A stretch of DNA of 62,890 nt, counting the filler, from Chiloscyllium plagiosum (taxonomy: Eukaryota), in NCBI RefSeq assembly GCF_004010195.1. It is 4 parts of one record of this genome, joined end to end, with 100 filler letters (N's around TTAATTAATTAA, not from the genome) between each part and the next. Parts side by side here need not be neighbours in the genome. Positions count along the whole stretch, not along the records: positions 38,442 to 54,621 come from NC_057717.1; positions 54,722 to 62,890 come from NC_057717.1; 2 more parts are not named here. One strand, 5' to 3'. Of this stretch, positions 48,479 through 62,576 are shown in pieces. A program made the position numbers and the translations under genes. The notes under the pieces were generated by a model. That model made no database searches. It saw only the letters and a list, made by a program, of their open reading frames with translations, and was not told the origin of the DNA. Positions within the stretch are counted from its first letter, which is position 1; the number at the start of each line of letters is the position of its first letter.

Positions 48479-51334
48479 GAGTCATAAAAATATAAAAACA
48501 CATAAAAAAGAGGCCCTTCTCCCCATCCAGTTAGGTGAGACCCACTCAGCCTCACGGTGGGAATTTTCTCCAAGCTCAGCTCAACTGGCACTTCGTACAC
48601 GAAACGAATAAGCTAAAGATAATAGCTCAAAATTTGACATAAGATTATCTTTCATAAAAATATAGATGTTATCCCTTATCCGCTATTTCCTCCCAGTTCT
48701 GACTAGCGCTCCCCGCTGTAAAGTGTTCTGGATATTTAATTCCCAATATCGGTAACCCTGCAGTCATGTCTCTCTAATGTCATTAAATTAAATCAATTTC
48801 CCTCAATGTATGCATTGATTTTCTCAATCTGTTTTGAGAATAAAACGCGCAATCAGATAGAGTGCCTTTCATTCAGCTTTTTAGCACATTAGTTTCTGCG
48901 CCATTGTCATCTTTATCCCTCATATTGACTCGGACAGGAAACAGTCTGACACCGATATACTCACAGATCAGACCTGATGGGTAAGGTTTCCTGAAGACCC
49001 ATCACCATTCCTGCGGGCGAAACCGCCCCACCGGCAGGAGTGACTCATCAGTGGTGGGATGCAGTCAGGGAGAGTTACCCTTGAATTCCCAAATATTGAT
49101 TCCAGAACCCGGAAAAACTCACAGTGACAGATCACAGATGGTCAAGAAAATCGCCTGATAGTGGGCACCGACTGCTTTCCACGCCATCTTCAGGGATGGC
49201 TGTCGATGTTGAAAAGAAATCAAAGGAATCACTTTAGTTGACAAAGACATAGGGGATGGGAGTTCATTGTCTATCACCAAGAGTGTCTCCACAGGCCTAG
49301 CACTGCCTGAGCAGTGAGACGCCTTAAATACACAGCGACCGGACACTTGGAAGTAATGGGGAAACCAAGATGAGAATATTCTCACCAAACCTGTCACATG
49401 TGGATTCGTGAATAACTGTATCTGTAAGAGCAGCCAACACAGTCCAGGCAGAGGGAAAGTCTCAGCTTTATATTGAAGAAACCGCCCACTGTGTTATGTG
49501 GCACTACCTCTTGGGAAGTCGGCCATACTTTTAAAAGACCGAGCAAATGGAAACTGGGCATTGATAAGGCACTGCACTCAGCAGTTACAGCATCAATATT
49601 TTTCCCTCTATTACAAAGTGAAAAGTGGGCTATTCACTGATGGTTCCATAGATTCAGCACCATTCACAACGAGACAAACACTGAAGCAGTTTATTCAGCC
49701 CAAAAACGCGTTTTAAACAGGAGCAAAATGAGGCCATTCGGTCATTCGAGTCTTACTTGGGAAGTGAGCAAATCTTTTAAGCTCTCATGACTGTTACACA
49801 AGAAATGAAAGGGAACTCTCAGACTCTCAAATTTGCTACACAGGAATACCAGGAGAACTGGTTGCTGAGCCGGGACCAAGGAGAGATTTGTGAAAAATCT
49901 ATCTTTATCAGTTTAAGTAAATTAACAACTGCAGTAGCACAGCGACCAATGCAGGGACCTCAACTCTTTGAATCCAACATTAACGGTTTAGGTAAGTGCA
50001 ACAAATGCCCTCTTACTGGGTGAGGCAGGAAATTAAGTTATCAAGTGGAATCAGAGAATCTTTTTTTGGATAAAAAGTAGACAACAATTTGGCTGCGGGA
50101 ATATAACATGGGCAACCGTGAAACAGTAATTTATTTTTCTTTCAGGAAAAATACACGGCTGTATATTACATAAATGGAGAGAGATTACTGGACTTCGTGA
50201 TAAATTGTGCACTCATACTGGTTCAAACATCGGAAGTGTTGCTCCATGTCCCCAATGATTTGTTCCCTGATGTTCCCAGCGAACCCACTGTACTCAGGAC
50301 ACATCGCGGTGGGCAGTGGTTTGGGGGTATTTTGAACCGTGTATCAAGGGGATGACGTTTGTCCGGCAGAGAATCCTTTCTTTCTACGTGGAGAACTGAA
50401 GACGATGTAAATGACTGACTGCTTCTGAATAAAGAGAGCGTGACTGCTGCTCAGACAGTCGGTATTCACCAACATGGTAACCCGGCAATATTAATGGAGT
50501 AGGATACAGAGGATCCAACCACAAGGATGTGAAATAAACGCATTGTCAGATCTGCTGAAATTGTTAGTTATATAACATATTCAAAGGACCACAGAGGGCC
50601 ATTTATGCAGAGGATTGTAGTTGGACTGAGGCCTCTTAAAGTTGAAAATGTTAATGTACATAAATGTCTGTGTTCCCTCTGAAATGTGGAAATGATTTGT
50701 CATTATCCCTGACACGGGGTGTACACATTAAAGCGTATTTCGAAAGCAGTTGCATCAGAGCAACTCCGAGTGAATGCTTTAGCAAAAATGTGAGATGAAT
50801 TTTATTCAACATTCTTTAAATTGTAGTGTTTGCAATGTAGTCTTTCAAATTTGAGGAAGGATTGAAATGTCCAGACAGCTCCGATGGTGGTAGTAATATT
50901 TCAGGAACAACATCGCTACGTATCGGATGAAACTATCCTGTGCTTCCAAAGATACTATTTAAAGAACCAAACATATGTGTCACGTGTCAGAGTAACTGCT
51001 GTACTTTCGAGAAGCAGTATCGACCAATTGTGCAGTGGTATGGGAGGCGAGAAGAGGGCGGAGTTGCATAGCTCTTATCACAGAAATGACAAACGGAGAG
51101 AAGAAGAGAGAGGGGTTTTGACCCCAGTTTCAGTGTATTGACGCGAAAAACAAGAGAAAAAATATTTTTAGTACAGAGCACCTCGGTGGACAGCGATGTA
51201 GACAGAGATACACATAGGCATCGATCAGCAAACTAATACAACCAACACATACAAGCGCAATTTTGCACTCAGTAATGGACAGTTACAGGCGAACAAAAAC
51301 ACATCCATACACCCACTCACATTGACACAATCAG

Positions 51335-54300
51335 AGAGGAAAGAACAAAGAAAATTTACAGCACAGGAAGAGGCCCTCTGGCACTCCAAGCGTGACCTGA
51401 TTCAAGTCCACTGTCTAAACCTGTCACCCAAGTCCTGAACATCTGCATCCCTCTGCTCCCCACCTACTCATGCATCTGTCGAGAACATCTTAAATGAATC
51501 GACCTCTACTACCTCTGCTGGCAACGCCTTCCAGGCACCTACCACCTTCTGTGTAAAGTACTTGCCGCGTGTATCCCCCTTAAACATTTCACCTCTCACC
51601 TTGAAAGCGTGTTCTCCACTTATTGAATCCTTCACATTGGGAAAAAGCTTATCTCTATCTACCCTCTGTATACCCTTCCTGATTTTGCCAGGACACCCCT
51701 CTATCGCTTTTTTACTAATGAAAATAACCTAACCTACTCAACCTCTCTTCATAGCGAGCACCTTCTAACCAGAATCTTCGTAAACCTTCCATGCACGCTC
51801 TCCAAAGCGTCCACATCCTTTTGGTAATGTGGTGACCAGACTGTAAACAGTATTCTAAATGCGGCCAAACCAATGTTGTGTACAATTTTAACATGACCTG
51901 CCAGCTTTTCTACTCAATACCACGTCCAATGAAGTCAAGCATACCATATGACTTATTGACAACTCGATCCACCTGTGCTGCAACATTCAGGGTACAGTGG
52001 TTCTGCACTCCCAGACCTCTCTGCTCATCAAATTTTCCCAAGGCTGTCCCGTTTGCTGCACAATTCGCTCGAGAATGAGTCTTCCCAAAACGCATGACCA
52101 CAGGTTTGCCTTGATTGAACTCCATCTGCCACTTATCCGCCCAACTTTCCAGTCTATCCATAGTCTCCTGCATTCTTTGACAGTTCGCTGTGTTCTACAG
52201 CTGTACAGGGCCGTGATGAGACAGCACCTGGAATATTGTGTGCAGTTTTGGTCTCCAAATTTGAGGAAAGACATTCTGGCTATTGAGGGAATGCAGCATA
52301 GGTTCACGAGGTCAATTCCCGGAATGGCGGGACGATGTTACGTTGAAAGATTGGAGCGACTGGGCTGGTGTACCCTTGAGTTTAGAAGGCTGAGAGGGGA
52401 TCTGATTGAGTCGTAAATTAGTAAACACTCTGGAGGCAGGAAGCATGTTTCCTCTGATGGATGAGCCCCGAACCAGAGGACACAGTTTAAAAATAAGGGG
52501 TAGGCCGTTTAGAAAATAGTTGAGGAGAAACTTCTTCACCCAGAGAGTGGTGTGTGTGTGGAATGCTCTGTCCCAGAAGGCTGTGGAGGATGCTTTCAAG
52601 AAAGAGTTGGATAGAGCTCTTAAAAATAGTGGAATCAAGGGTTATGGAGATAAGGCAGGGACAGGATACTGATTGAGGATGATCAGGCATGATCATAATG
52701 AATGGTGGTGCAGGCTCGAAGGGCAGAATGGCCTACTCCTGAGCTATTGTCTATTGTCTATTTCTGCTACTCCAACCTTCGTGTCATCTGCAAACTTGCT
52801 GATCACACAAAGAGTGCCCTCTTCCATATGATTTATGTATATCACAAATAACAGAAACCACAGCACTGACCCCTGTGGAACACCATTGGTCATCTCTCTC
52901 CATTTCGAGAAACTCTCTTCAACTAATACTCTCTGTCTGTGGTTGCTCAACCAGTTCTTTATCTACCTCGCGAGAACACGCTGCACACGATGTGATTTCA
53001 CTTTCTCTATTAATTTACCATGGGAAACATAATGAAACGCCTTACTAAAGTCCATGTATATACCATCTACAGCCCTTCATTCATCTATCAATTTCCTCAA
53101 AAATTCTATTATATTGGAAAGGCACGATCCCCCCCACACATGAACATGTTGCCTGTCACTGGTAAGTACATTCTTTTACAAATACAACTAATTTTTTTCC
53201 CTCGGTACCTCCTCCAGCAAACTTCCCACCACTGACGTCAGGACGACTGTAGTTACCCAGAATATCCCTAATACCTTTCTGGTACCGGGAACAACGTGAG
53301 CAGCCCTCCAGGACTCCAGCAACATATCTGTATTTAAAGATGCTGCGAAGATATCTGTAAGGGCCACAATCACTTCCTCTGCCGCCTCCCTCAGCAACAT
53401 GGGAAAACTCCCATCCGTTCCTGCGGACTTGTCCACCTTAACAACCTCAAGCCTATACAACACATCTTCCCTAAGTATGTCAACGTGATCCAGAGCAATC
53501 AATCGTCTGTCTCCAATCTCAACATTCATCATGTTTCTCCCCTCAATGAACACTGATACACAATAATCATTCAGCATCTCACCCACTTTCTCTCGTTCGA
53601 CAAACAGCCTTCCTTTATTATCCTTTAGTGGAACAATCCTTTCTCTCGTTACCCGCTTGCTTCTTTCATAAGAATAACAGCACCCCTTTAAATTGACATT
53701 CTCCTTAACTCTGCTCGACAATGCTACTCAATGACCCTTTTTAGCCAGCACGATTCCTCATTTAAGATTGGTCCTACTCTTCAGATATTCCATCAAGGCC
53801 CGTCAGTTCTTAGCTGCCTAGAACATTTTCCTCTTGGCTAGACGTACGATTTCGCCTGTCACGAATCTTGCCTTTCCTATCCTTTGCCTTCAACGGGACA
53901 TGATGAACTCGCATTATTTTCTAGCTATCTTTGACATCCTACCACGTATCAAATGTGGACTTCCCTTCAAATAGCTTGTCGAATCCACATTGCTCAGCTT
54001 CTGTATAATTTTGATATAATTGGCCTTGGCCCAGGTTAGTCTATTTCCCTGACGACCACTCTCATCTTTGTCTACGAGTATTCTAAAACTTACAGAATTG
54101 TTGTCACTGTTCCCAAAGAAATCCCCACCACAAAATTTACCACCTGGCCTGGCTCATTCCCCAACACCAGTTACAATACTGCCCCTTCCCTTGTCGGACT
54201 ATTGACATACTGTTCTAAGAAAATCTCCTGGACGCTTGTTACAGGTTCTGCCCCATCCAGACCATTCACACTAAGTGTATCCCAGTCAATGTTGGGAAAA

Positions 54301-54621
54301 TTAAAATCTCCCATCACAACCACCCCGTTGCCTCTAGTTCTTCCCATAATCTGTTTACCTATTTCTAATTCTTCCTCACGCTCACTGTCGGGAGGTCTGA
54401 GATACAGCCCCAACAATGTAACTGCACCCCTCTCATGTCTGAGCTCCACATATAATGTCTCACTACTCAAACCCTCCATAGTATCTTCCTTTAGCACGAC
54501 AGTGATATTATCCCTGACCAGCAATGCAACTCCTCTCCCGCTTTTACTTCCTTCCCTGTCCTGTCTAAAGCGTCTATATCCTGAAATATTTAGTTGTCAA
54601 TCATGCCTTTCCTTCAACCAA
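51335..54621 (-). mobile_element. CR1 LINE ORF2 (EN + RT + 3' UTR), decayed, split by a nested CR1
   Basis: EN VVMGDFNFPNIDW (54171-54524), linker (53188-53721), RT GVPQGSVL..KFADD (52744-52950), continuing at 51910-52173. Tail GAACAAAGAAAATTTACAGC. Confidence 0.92.
52189..52761 (+). mobile_element. Nested CR1 3' fragment of a different family
   Basis: LQLYRAVMRQHLEYCVQFWSPNLRKDILAIEG and tail CTATTGTCTATTGTCTAT. The host CR1 RT resumes on both sides. Confidence 0.9.
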
Positions 54622-54721
54622 NNNNNNNNNNNNNNNNNNNNNNNNNNNNNNNNNNNNNNNNNNNNTTAATTAATTAANNNNNNNNNNNNNNNNNNNNNNN
54701 NNNNNNNNNNNNNNNNNNNNN
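54622..54721. other. Artificial assembly linker 44N-TTAATTAATTAA-44N
   Basis: Same structure as the other two. Confidence 0.95.
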
Positions 54722-55999
54722 AAATGCAGCAAAAGTAGTGAAGTTGGAAGTCTCTATCAGTGAAGAATTGTACCGAGAATGCTGCTCAGTGTATTACTGT
54801 AACTGTTCCGATGTCTGGATAATGCTGACCACTCAGTGAGCTGGAGACATTATTGGTCAAAAGCTGAAGCCAGAGAACAGGTCAGCAGCAGATTAAAACG
54901 AGTTAAATCATCATAATACCATACCAGTGATGCCAATAAACGCAAAGATGGTGTAAAACAATCCACGAGATCAATTGGTTGATTCATTTTTCTGTGTGAG
55001 GTGATCTGTCTCTTCAGGTAGCTGACAAGCTCCTTGTCTGAAATTCTGAACTGATGCATTCTCAGAGACGCTGCCTTGTACTTTATGGAAGCTCCTTGGG
55101 GAGATAGAGTTTGCAGTGGTGTTCAGCGGTATTGCTTTCTTTTAGTATTTTTTTTAATTGAATTAACTCATTACAGTAATGAGTGTAAGTCCAGTGATGG
55201 AGCATAGCGTCTCAGTACATCGTCATCAAACAGGGAAAACCGTATTTGAAATCTGCTAGCAATAATGCTGACCATTCAAACACCACGAGTCCCATCCCGA
55301 GATCACAAATTATTGCAGCTGATTCTCCGTCAAGTCAGTTTATTCCAAGTGTGGAAATGTGTCTCACAGATGTCCTTCTGTTCTTTAGGTTTCGAGCTGA
55401 CCGCTTTAACAAAGAGCATTTGACTCAAATGTTCTCCCATACTGAATGTGTACATTGCTGTCGGGGTCAGAACGCATTCTCCATCCACCATTTCCCAAGA
55501 TAAGGTGTAACATGAAGGACCAAGTGAGGAGAACACGCTTCCTTTCCTGAGGGAAGGGGACTCAGTGAACAAGATGGGCTTCCAACAATGGAAACATCAC
55601 TGATCTATCTCTTCGTGCTACTGCCATCCAGAGACATCACTGACATCCTTCTTCTTCTCCCTGTTCATCTTGATAAATCACTGAGCATGCGTGTGCTTCT
55701 GTGTTTGGAATGTGTGTGGGGGACAATGTATACTGAGTTTGACATTTTCATCTCTTTAAATATTTGTCTGCAACTTTACTGATCAAGTTTCCTGGGCATT
55801 TCTTATCCCAGAAGTGTTTGATGCGGACAGTATGGAGAGAGATTTACTCTGTCTCTAACTCTATTCTCTACCTGCTGTTGAGAGTTATAGATGAGTACAT
55901 GTTAAGGAAGATGAATGTTGAATCATTTATTTGCTCTTGTGTTTTTAGCTGGGAACTCTGATTACCTGGACAAAGACAACTGAGCACGGGTTCCCAGTC

Positions 56000-56450
56000 A
56001 AACAGCCTTCTGTCACTACCCTTTATGCCCTATTACTCAGCCAGTTTCTGATCCATCTTGACAATATTAACTCAAACCCATGTGTTTTCACTTTCTTAAT
56101 CAATCTCTCATGCAAGACCTTGTCAAAAGGCTTGCTAAATAGATATATTTGACGTATAGAAACTGCATCAAACGAACTTCCTTCATCCATACACATATCC
56201 ATGTTTTCAAAAGAAATTCTAAATATTTGTTAGGTATGACCTCTATCTGAAAAATCCGTGCTGTTCATCCCGAATTAACCAATACCATTCCAATGGGTAT
56301 TAATTCTCCTCTTCTGAATGTTTATTTAAATAGTTGCACTCCTAGTTACATGATTTCCTGGTTCATCTCTGAGACCATTCTTAAAATAGAGGAACCGCAT
56401 TTTCGGTCATCTGGAACTTGCCCAGTGCCAAACAGACATTGATAATTCCA
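56000..56450 (-). mobile_element. Old CR1 RT fragment
   Basis: GACCTTGTCAAAAGGCTTGCTAAA corresponds to a decayed FSKAFDKV motif. Confidence 0.6.
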
Positions 56451-57629
56451 GCATAGTTTCAGTGTGAAGACACATGATAATGTCTACCGGCTGTGGGTGT
56501 GTCCTCTAAGGGAAATGTCGTATCCCGAATCCTCTGAAATTAAAAAAAAATCTTCATTTTATGTATCACTAATGAACAACCTTTAAGCTAAGGATGAATC
56601 TCCCACAAGGCAACTGGATGTTACAGAGATAGCTTGGCATCAATGGGGCTGGACGAGCATGTAGAAATAAGGAAGGTTGTGACTGATCCTAATTCTCAGC
56701 CGCATTACTGATCATTCTCCCAGTCCTGGGTCACCACTAGTGAGTGGTAAATAGCAACAAATGGTCACTAGCTATTACTAAGTGAAGGCACAAAGAACTG
56801 TCACAGCCCCATCATTGATCAATATTCATGCACTCCACTGTCTATGTCTGGAAATGCTCTGTGCATTCTGCAATATAAACATGCTGTAATCTCGGAAAAG
56901 TGAGGGTTTGATTACCTCACTTTTTGATCGTGGTGAGACCCCTTGAACTAAATGGGTCAAAGTGTGATCTCACAGAAGAACTGTGAGCTCACGGCGTACA
57001 TCACAGAGAGAGATGAGACATCACAATCGGTTTGTAAACTGGCTTTAACTTGAGGCACGAGGCTGCAAAAGCACAGACAGGGAAGACAAAGCCACTGTAC
57101 CAACTGGGTCTCTGGCTGATCTCTCCAGTCGTGAATGTGATCACAAAGAAGATCAAAACAGCCTCACTTCACAAATACAGCACAACGCTATGAAGAGACT
57201 GTCATCAAGATGATCAGGCAGAAGATGGCGAGGTTTAAAGGACTAGCCTAAATTTCCTCACCTTGCACTGACTGAGGCATTGTGGGAAAATGAGGAACTG
57301 GTGCTCATTGATTTATTTTCATGAAGATGAACTCTTACTTAAACTGATAAAATATGAAGAATTGATTTTTTTACATGGTTCAGCACCTTTAATCCCAAAT
57401 GTTACTTGTCTCGTCTGTCTGAGCTAATCCCAGCATCGCTGAAGGATGATACAGAAGTTGAGAGAGTTTCAGGCATGAGAAGGGTTAACAAAGACAAGGA
57501 GGGGCTTAGGCGCTGGAGGATAATCCAGAGATCTGGAGATGACAGAGACAGGAAGGGGTTACAGAGATGAGGATGAGTTGGCGGAGTTTCGAGAAACAGG
57601 TTTGCTCGTGCGGGAGCAAGTTTCAGAAT

Positions 57630-57850
57630 GAAGGGGTTCAGGATGTAAGTTTGCTCGCTGAGCTGGAAGCTTGGTTTCCAAACGTTTTCTCACCATAATA
57701 GTTAACATAATCAGCGAGTCTCCAGTGAAACGTCAATTGAGACTCACTCATGCTGTGGTGTCAAAACGTCTCAAAAAGAGGCTTCCAGCTCGCCGAGCAA
57801 ACGTACGTTCAGAACCTCAATCTGAGCTACAAATCTTCTTCAAACTCGGT
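57630..57850. mobile_element. Fold-back Penelope termini (family of 33812-34160)
   Basis: GTTTGCTCGCTGAGCTGGAAGC ... GCTTCCAGCTCGCCGAGCAAAC inverted pair. Confidence 0.75.
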
Positions 57851-57939
57851 AAGAAATAAGGTGTTGATGTGGTTTTTGGCACATGCTGCAGAGATAAGAA
57901 GTGTTTCGACACTGAGATGGGAGAGTGCAGAAGATGCAA

Positions 57940-59165
57940 ACATAGGATGTGCAGTTAGTAAGTTTGCAGATATCACCAAAATTGGAGGTGCAGTGGACAG
58001 CGAATAAGGTTAACTCGCAGTGCAATGAAACCTTCATCAGGTGGGCCAATGGACTGAAGAGTGGCAGATGATGTTTAATTAAGGTAAATGTGAGGCAGGA
58101 CTTCTGCACATAATGGTAAGTGGAGTGTCGCTGAGCAAAGGGACTTTGGAATGCAGGTTGATATTTTCTTGAAAGGAGAGTCGCCGGTAGCTAGGGTTGT
58201 GAAGAAGGCATTTGGTATGCTTTCCTTTATTGTTCAGAGCATTGAGGACAGGGGTTGTGAGCTCATGCTGCAGCTGTACATGACATTGATTTGGCCACTC
58301 CTTTTTTGGAATATTATGCATATTTCTGGTCTGCCTCACACAGGAAGGATATTATTAAACTTGATAGGGTTCAGACAAGATTTCCAAGAATGTTGCCAGA
58401 GCTGGACTTTTTGATCTGTGGGGAGAGGCTGAATCGACTGGGGCTGTTTTCACCTGGAGCGGCAGAATCTCAAGGTTGACCAGAAAAAGTTTTAAAAATC
58501 ATAAGGGGCATGGATACAGCAAATAGACAAGATATTTTTCCTGGGATGGTGGAGTCCAGAACTGGAGGGCAGAAGTGTAGGATTAGAGGGAAAGATTTTA
58601 AAGGGATGTAAGGTGCAAAGCTTTCACGCAGATTTTGGTGCATGTATGGGATGAGCTTCCAGCAGAAGTGATGGAGACTGCTACAATAACAACATTTCTA
58701 AGTCATCTGGAGAGGTCCATGAATAGGAACGGTTCAGAGGAATTCTGGCCGATTGATGGCAAATGGAACTAGGATATTTTCGGTTATCTGGTTGGTATGG
58801 ACAAATTGGACTGAAAAGCCGCTTTCCGTGCTGTCCGTCTCTCTGATGTTACGAATCTCGGATGGGAAGTTTCAAGGCGAGCAGGTACATTTTTTAAGGT
58901 AAGAAGACATAGATTTATAGAAGGCATGACAAGTAAACGTTTTGCACAGAGCATCTTTTGCGTGTAGAATAAAAGTCGTGAGGAAGTGTTGGATGCGGGT
59001 ACAGTTACAACATTTAAAAGACATCACGATACATACATGAATAGGTAATATATAAAGGAACACGAGACAGGAGCAGACAGGAAGGACTACTTTACATTGG
59101 GATTCTGTTCAGCACAGACCTGATGGACCAAATGGTCAGGTTCCCTGCTCTATGACTCTGTGATT
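57940..59165 (+). mobile_element. CR1 LINE 3' fragments (two in tandem)
   Basis: VSKFADITKIGG, VVKKAFGMLSFI and two successive 3' UTRs. Confidence 0.85.
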
Positions 59166-60399
59166 CTTTGACCATGCCACAAATTCTTTGTACTGATTCC
59201 TGCATTGCAGCTTTAACTGTACATTTAATTGTAAGCGTTGAGTTCCAAACATGGAGATCCTGCAGATTCACGAAAGTCATACACAGTTATAAGTCACTCT
59301 TTTTACCAGATCGTGTCATATTGAAATGTCTGATTATTTGTCACGAACAGAGAATTGAAAAGTTTTTTTTTTAATTTGATGTTTCATAATCATCAAAGTA
59401 ATGTGGACATGTATCGCGTGAACAACTGATCTGAACTGAGTGTGCAGAAACCAGTTTGATGGTGATGACAATGAAATGTGAGAGTTTCCTTCCCTATAAT
59501 TTCTAACAGGTTTGAATAGGAAATTATGCTGTGCACCTGAAACGACCAGATCATGTGACGACCAGATAACTGTATCACAGAGAGAAGGAACATATGAACA
59601 GAAATACATGCTACACGCCAGCAATTGTCTGGAAAATTGCAATTAATGTTCAGTATTGCAGAGAAATAATACATCATTGGTACATTTTCACGCAATCTTT
59701 AATATAGGATAAAATTAACTGTTCCTGAAGGCTCATTTGTTACATGCTCTGTCCAAGTAAATTAGCCGTCAGATACAAAGCAAGATCTCTAAACATTCCC
59801 CAGTAAAGCAAACTCTACCTGCACTATTGGACTCAGGCATTCCCAGAAAAGGTACAACACATGGTTGGATAAAATGTGAGACTCTTCATGTTTGAAGTAC
59901 CAATTATTCTCAAGTTAGGCGCTTACTCTGAACTTTCCAAATGGCAAGGAGTGTGTCTTTATGATGCAAAAGGAGCTCTGTGATGTGTTATCAAAGCAGC
60001 TGTAGGACAGGAACAAGACGAAATTGACAGATCTCAGAGCGGTGACGTTGCAGAGAGTACATTTGATGAATGGGAGATTGGGTGAAAGAGGGAATACTTT
60101 TCAATTTTTTTCATTGGGGGCAACACTCAATATTTGGTTACTAACATGATGCAGCCAAATGAGATTTTTTTGAGACGAAATGGGAAAGGGTTCGACACGT
60201 TATATCTGGTCAGAAACTTTCGAATATGCTCAGACAGCTCCATCGATAAGAAGTGGTCACCCGGCGAAATGTGGGATTCTGACACGCTCAATGTCCAAGA
60301 AAGAAACATATCTGCAGGAAATGTCATAGTCTGCATAAACATTTCTCTACTTCCTGGAACAAGAGTGACTGTGCCCTATGCAGGATAGGAGGATTAGAG

Positions 60400-61150
60400 A
60401 AATAACACATTTGTTTAGGTGGTCACACCATAGTTTAGGGGTGTGCGTGCAAAGTGGGAATGCATGGCAATCCAGAGGTCTACTGAAAGTATCCAAATCC
60501 CACACCAGTTTCCTACTTTTGGCACTTGTGATGGAGAGGATTCATCGGAGGAATGCAGACACAGACATATCAGTGCCAGCAGGAAACGCCTTATCTGAAC
60601 AGAAATAGAGGGAGCAGAGTGGGCATGCAGTATTGGTATTGTGTTCTTTCGTTACAGGAAGATGCTTCAGTTTCTACACTTATAAACATACCTTCAGCGT
60701 GCTCTGATAACGGCCCTGCTGCAAAGGTTAAGAATATCACAGAACAGCTGCAGGAAATTCTGCTGGAGCAGGATCAAACGGCAGAGTTACTGCGCCATAT
60801 TGGTGGCAAGGAATACGATAGGATGGTGGGGATGTTATTAATTAACGAAAAATTGAGACAACTCGCAGCAAGGTAGAAAGGCAGAACCTGTAACACAGTG
60901 ATCTCACACTGAGTGACCGTCCAAAGTGCTCGTGATGATCGAAACAAGCATTGAGTAATTGAAATGTGGCTAGAAATCGTACTTGGGGGTCAGACAGCAT
61001 TGTTCAGAGGCAGTGGGACCAGCTCTGGAGCAGGTTGGACCTCAACACGATGGACAATTTACATCTTGACTTGGCTGGAAAGAACATTGTCTCATGTAAG
61101 GTTTGGACTGCTGTTGGGGAGTTAACAAATGAGATGCAAAATGGGCTGGG
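60400..61150 (+). mobile_element. Heavily decayed CR1 ORF1 esterase region
   Basis: AKVKNITEQLQEIL..HIGGKE and QWDQLWSRLDL..MDNLHLDLAG..AVGE motifs. Confidence 0.65.
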
Positions 61151-62576
61151 AATGTTAGAAGGACCTTGGCTTCGAGAGAAGGCTGCAGTCATATTCTGTC
61201 GTTCCCCTAATCAGTTTTTGGGTCTTCCTTTACTGGTTCCTGAATTGTTCCCAATCCTCAGTCTTGCCTTTTCTTCTGGCATTATTACCTGCCATTTCAT
61301 TTGATGTATTGCAATGCAATATGTAACTTTTTAACCATAACAGTAGCTGTTAACATCACAGCAGCTAATAACATTGACAGCATAATACAATATGAAACAA
61401 AATCAAAGAGCATGTATAAAACAAGATTTACGGCAGCCCGAAAAAGGAATGGAATCAGTGGACAACATGTTTAAATACGTGAGTAACAAATTAAAAACGA
61501 AACTTGGAGTTTATTATGTCGAATGTCACGACGGTCATTGGATGGTCAGGCAATTGAATTTGCTGTGAAAACAAATCAGGAGGGTGGAAAGAAATTAAAT
61601 AATGTAAATGTATAGAGTTACTAATCTGGCAACAGGCCTATGTGGCACTAGAATACCCGGCTCCAGAGATAACAGTGGAATAAATGACTATCTCACCAAT
61701 TAGAAGCTCAGGCATGGATGGGTTTAGGAGCTGTGTTGCAGATGGAAACAATAATTGTTGGTGAAAATGCAGTATCTTTTTAAATTGATCTCAAGTTGAA
61801 ATATGATGTTACAAACAGGATTCATTCAGTTCCTGCTGAGCTTGATGGAGTTAGTGAGAAACACAAACTATTTTTGTGGAAAAACTGAGAATTTTGGCTC
61901 ATCTGTCACATCCAACTCCATGCCAGCCTTCGGGGACCGTCTGTTCGTGAGCCCTTTGATTGGACCTCGGATTCCCTCATCAACACAGCTGCTGTTTCGT
62001 GGAAAGAAACGTATCTCTATAATGAGTGGCACCATTAGGTCGGGGGAGCTAACTAGGAACAAACTGATCAAAGCATTGCTGAAAAACGATTTAAAATCAA
62101 AAGACAGACATTTTGTAAAGCATGCTGTTTAATTTATTTAATCCATATCTTGTTTTATAATTTCTGTCCAGATGTGTGGATCAGTGAGTTCAGTGCAGAA
62201 GAGTAGTAGGAGACTGTCATTGAGTTTCCCCGTCTGGCGTGCTGTGATCAATGTTACTTGCCTCAAGGTCATTTATTTTTGGATCTGATTCACTCACTGA
62301 GAATCAGATTGCTTGGGACAAATTGATATTTTGGCATGCCTAGTACCTCTTGTAGTTATGCTTTTGTTGTTCAGATATCTACTAAGTGTTGCTCACTGCT
62401 CACAATATTTTGCACTGACTTTGCTCCATCAATCTCTTTCGTTTTGCTCCTCAAATGGAATCATTCGTCGCCTGTTAGAAAAGGAATGTTATCATGTTGA
62501 TACTCCTCATTCTCATTTCGGTGCATTCCGCACGTGGCCTTCTCATTCTGTTACCTACTGTATGTAATGTTGGTTC

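Noticed and set aside
54722..54860. Possible exon 1 for the GPCR exon at 47834
   Set aside because: All three minus-strand frames contain stops, there is no YYP..GVP motif, and it lies across an artificial linker.
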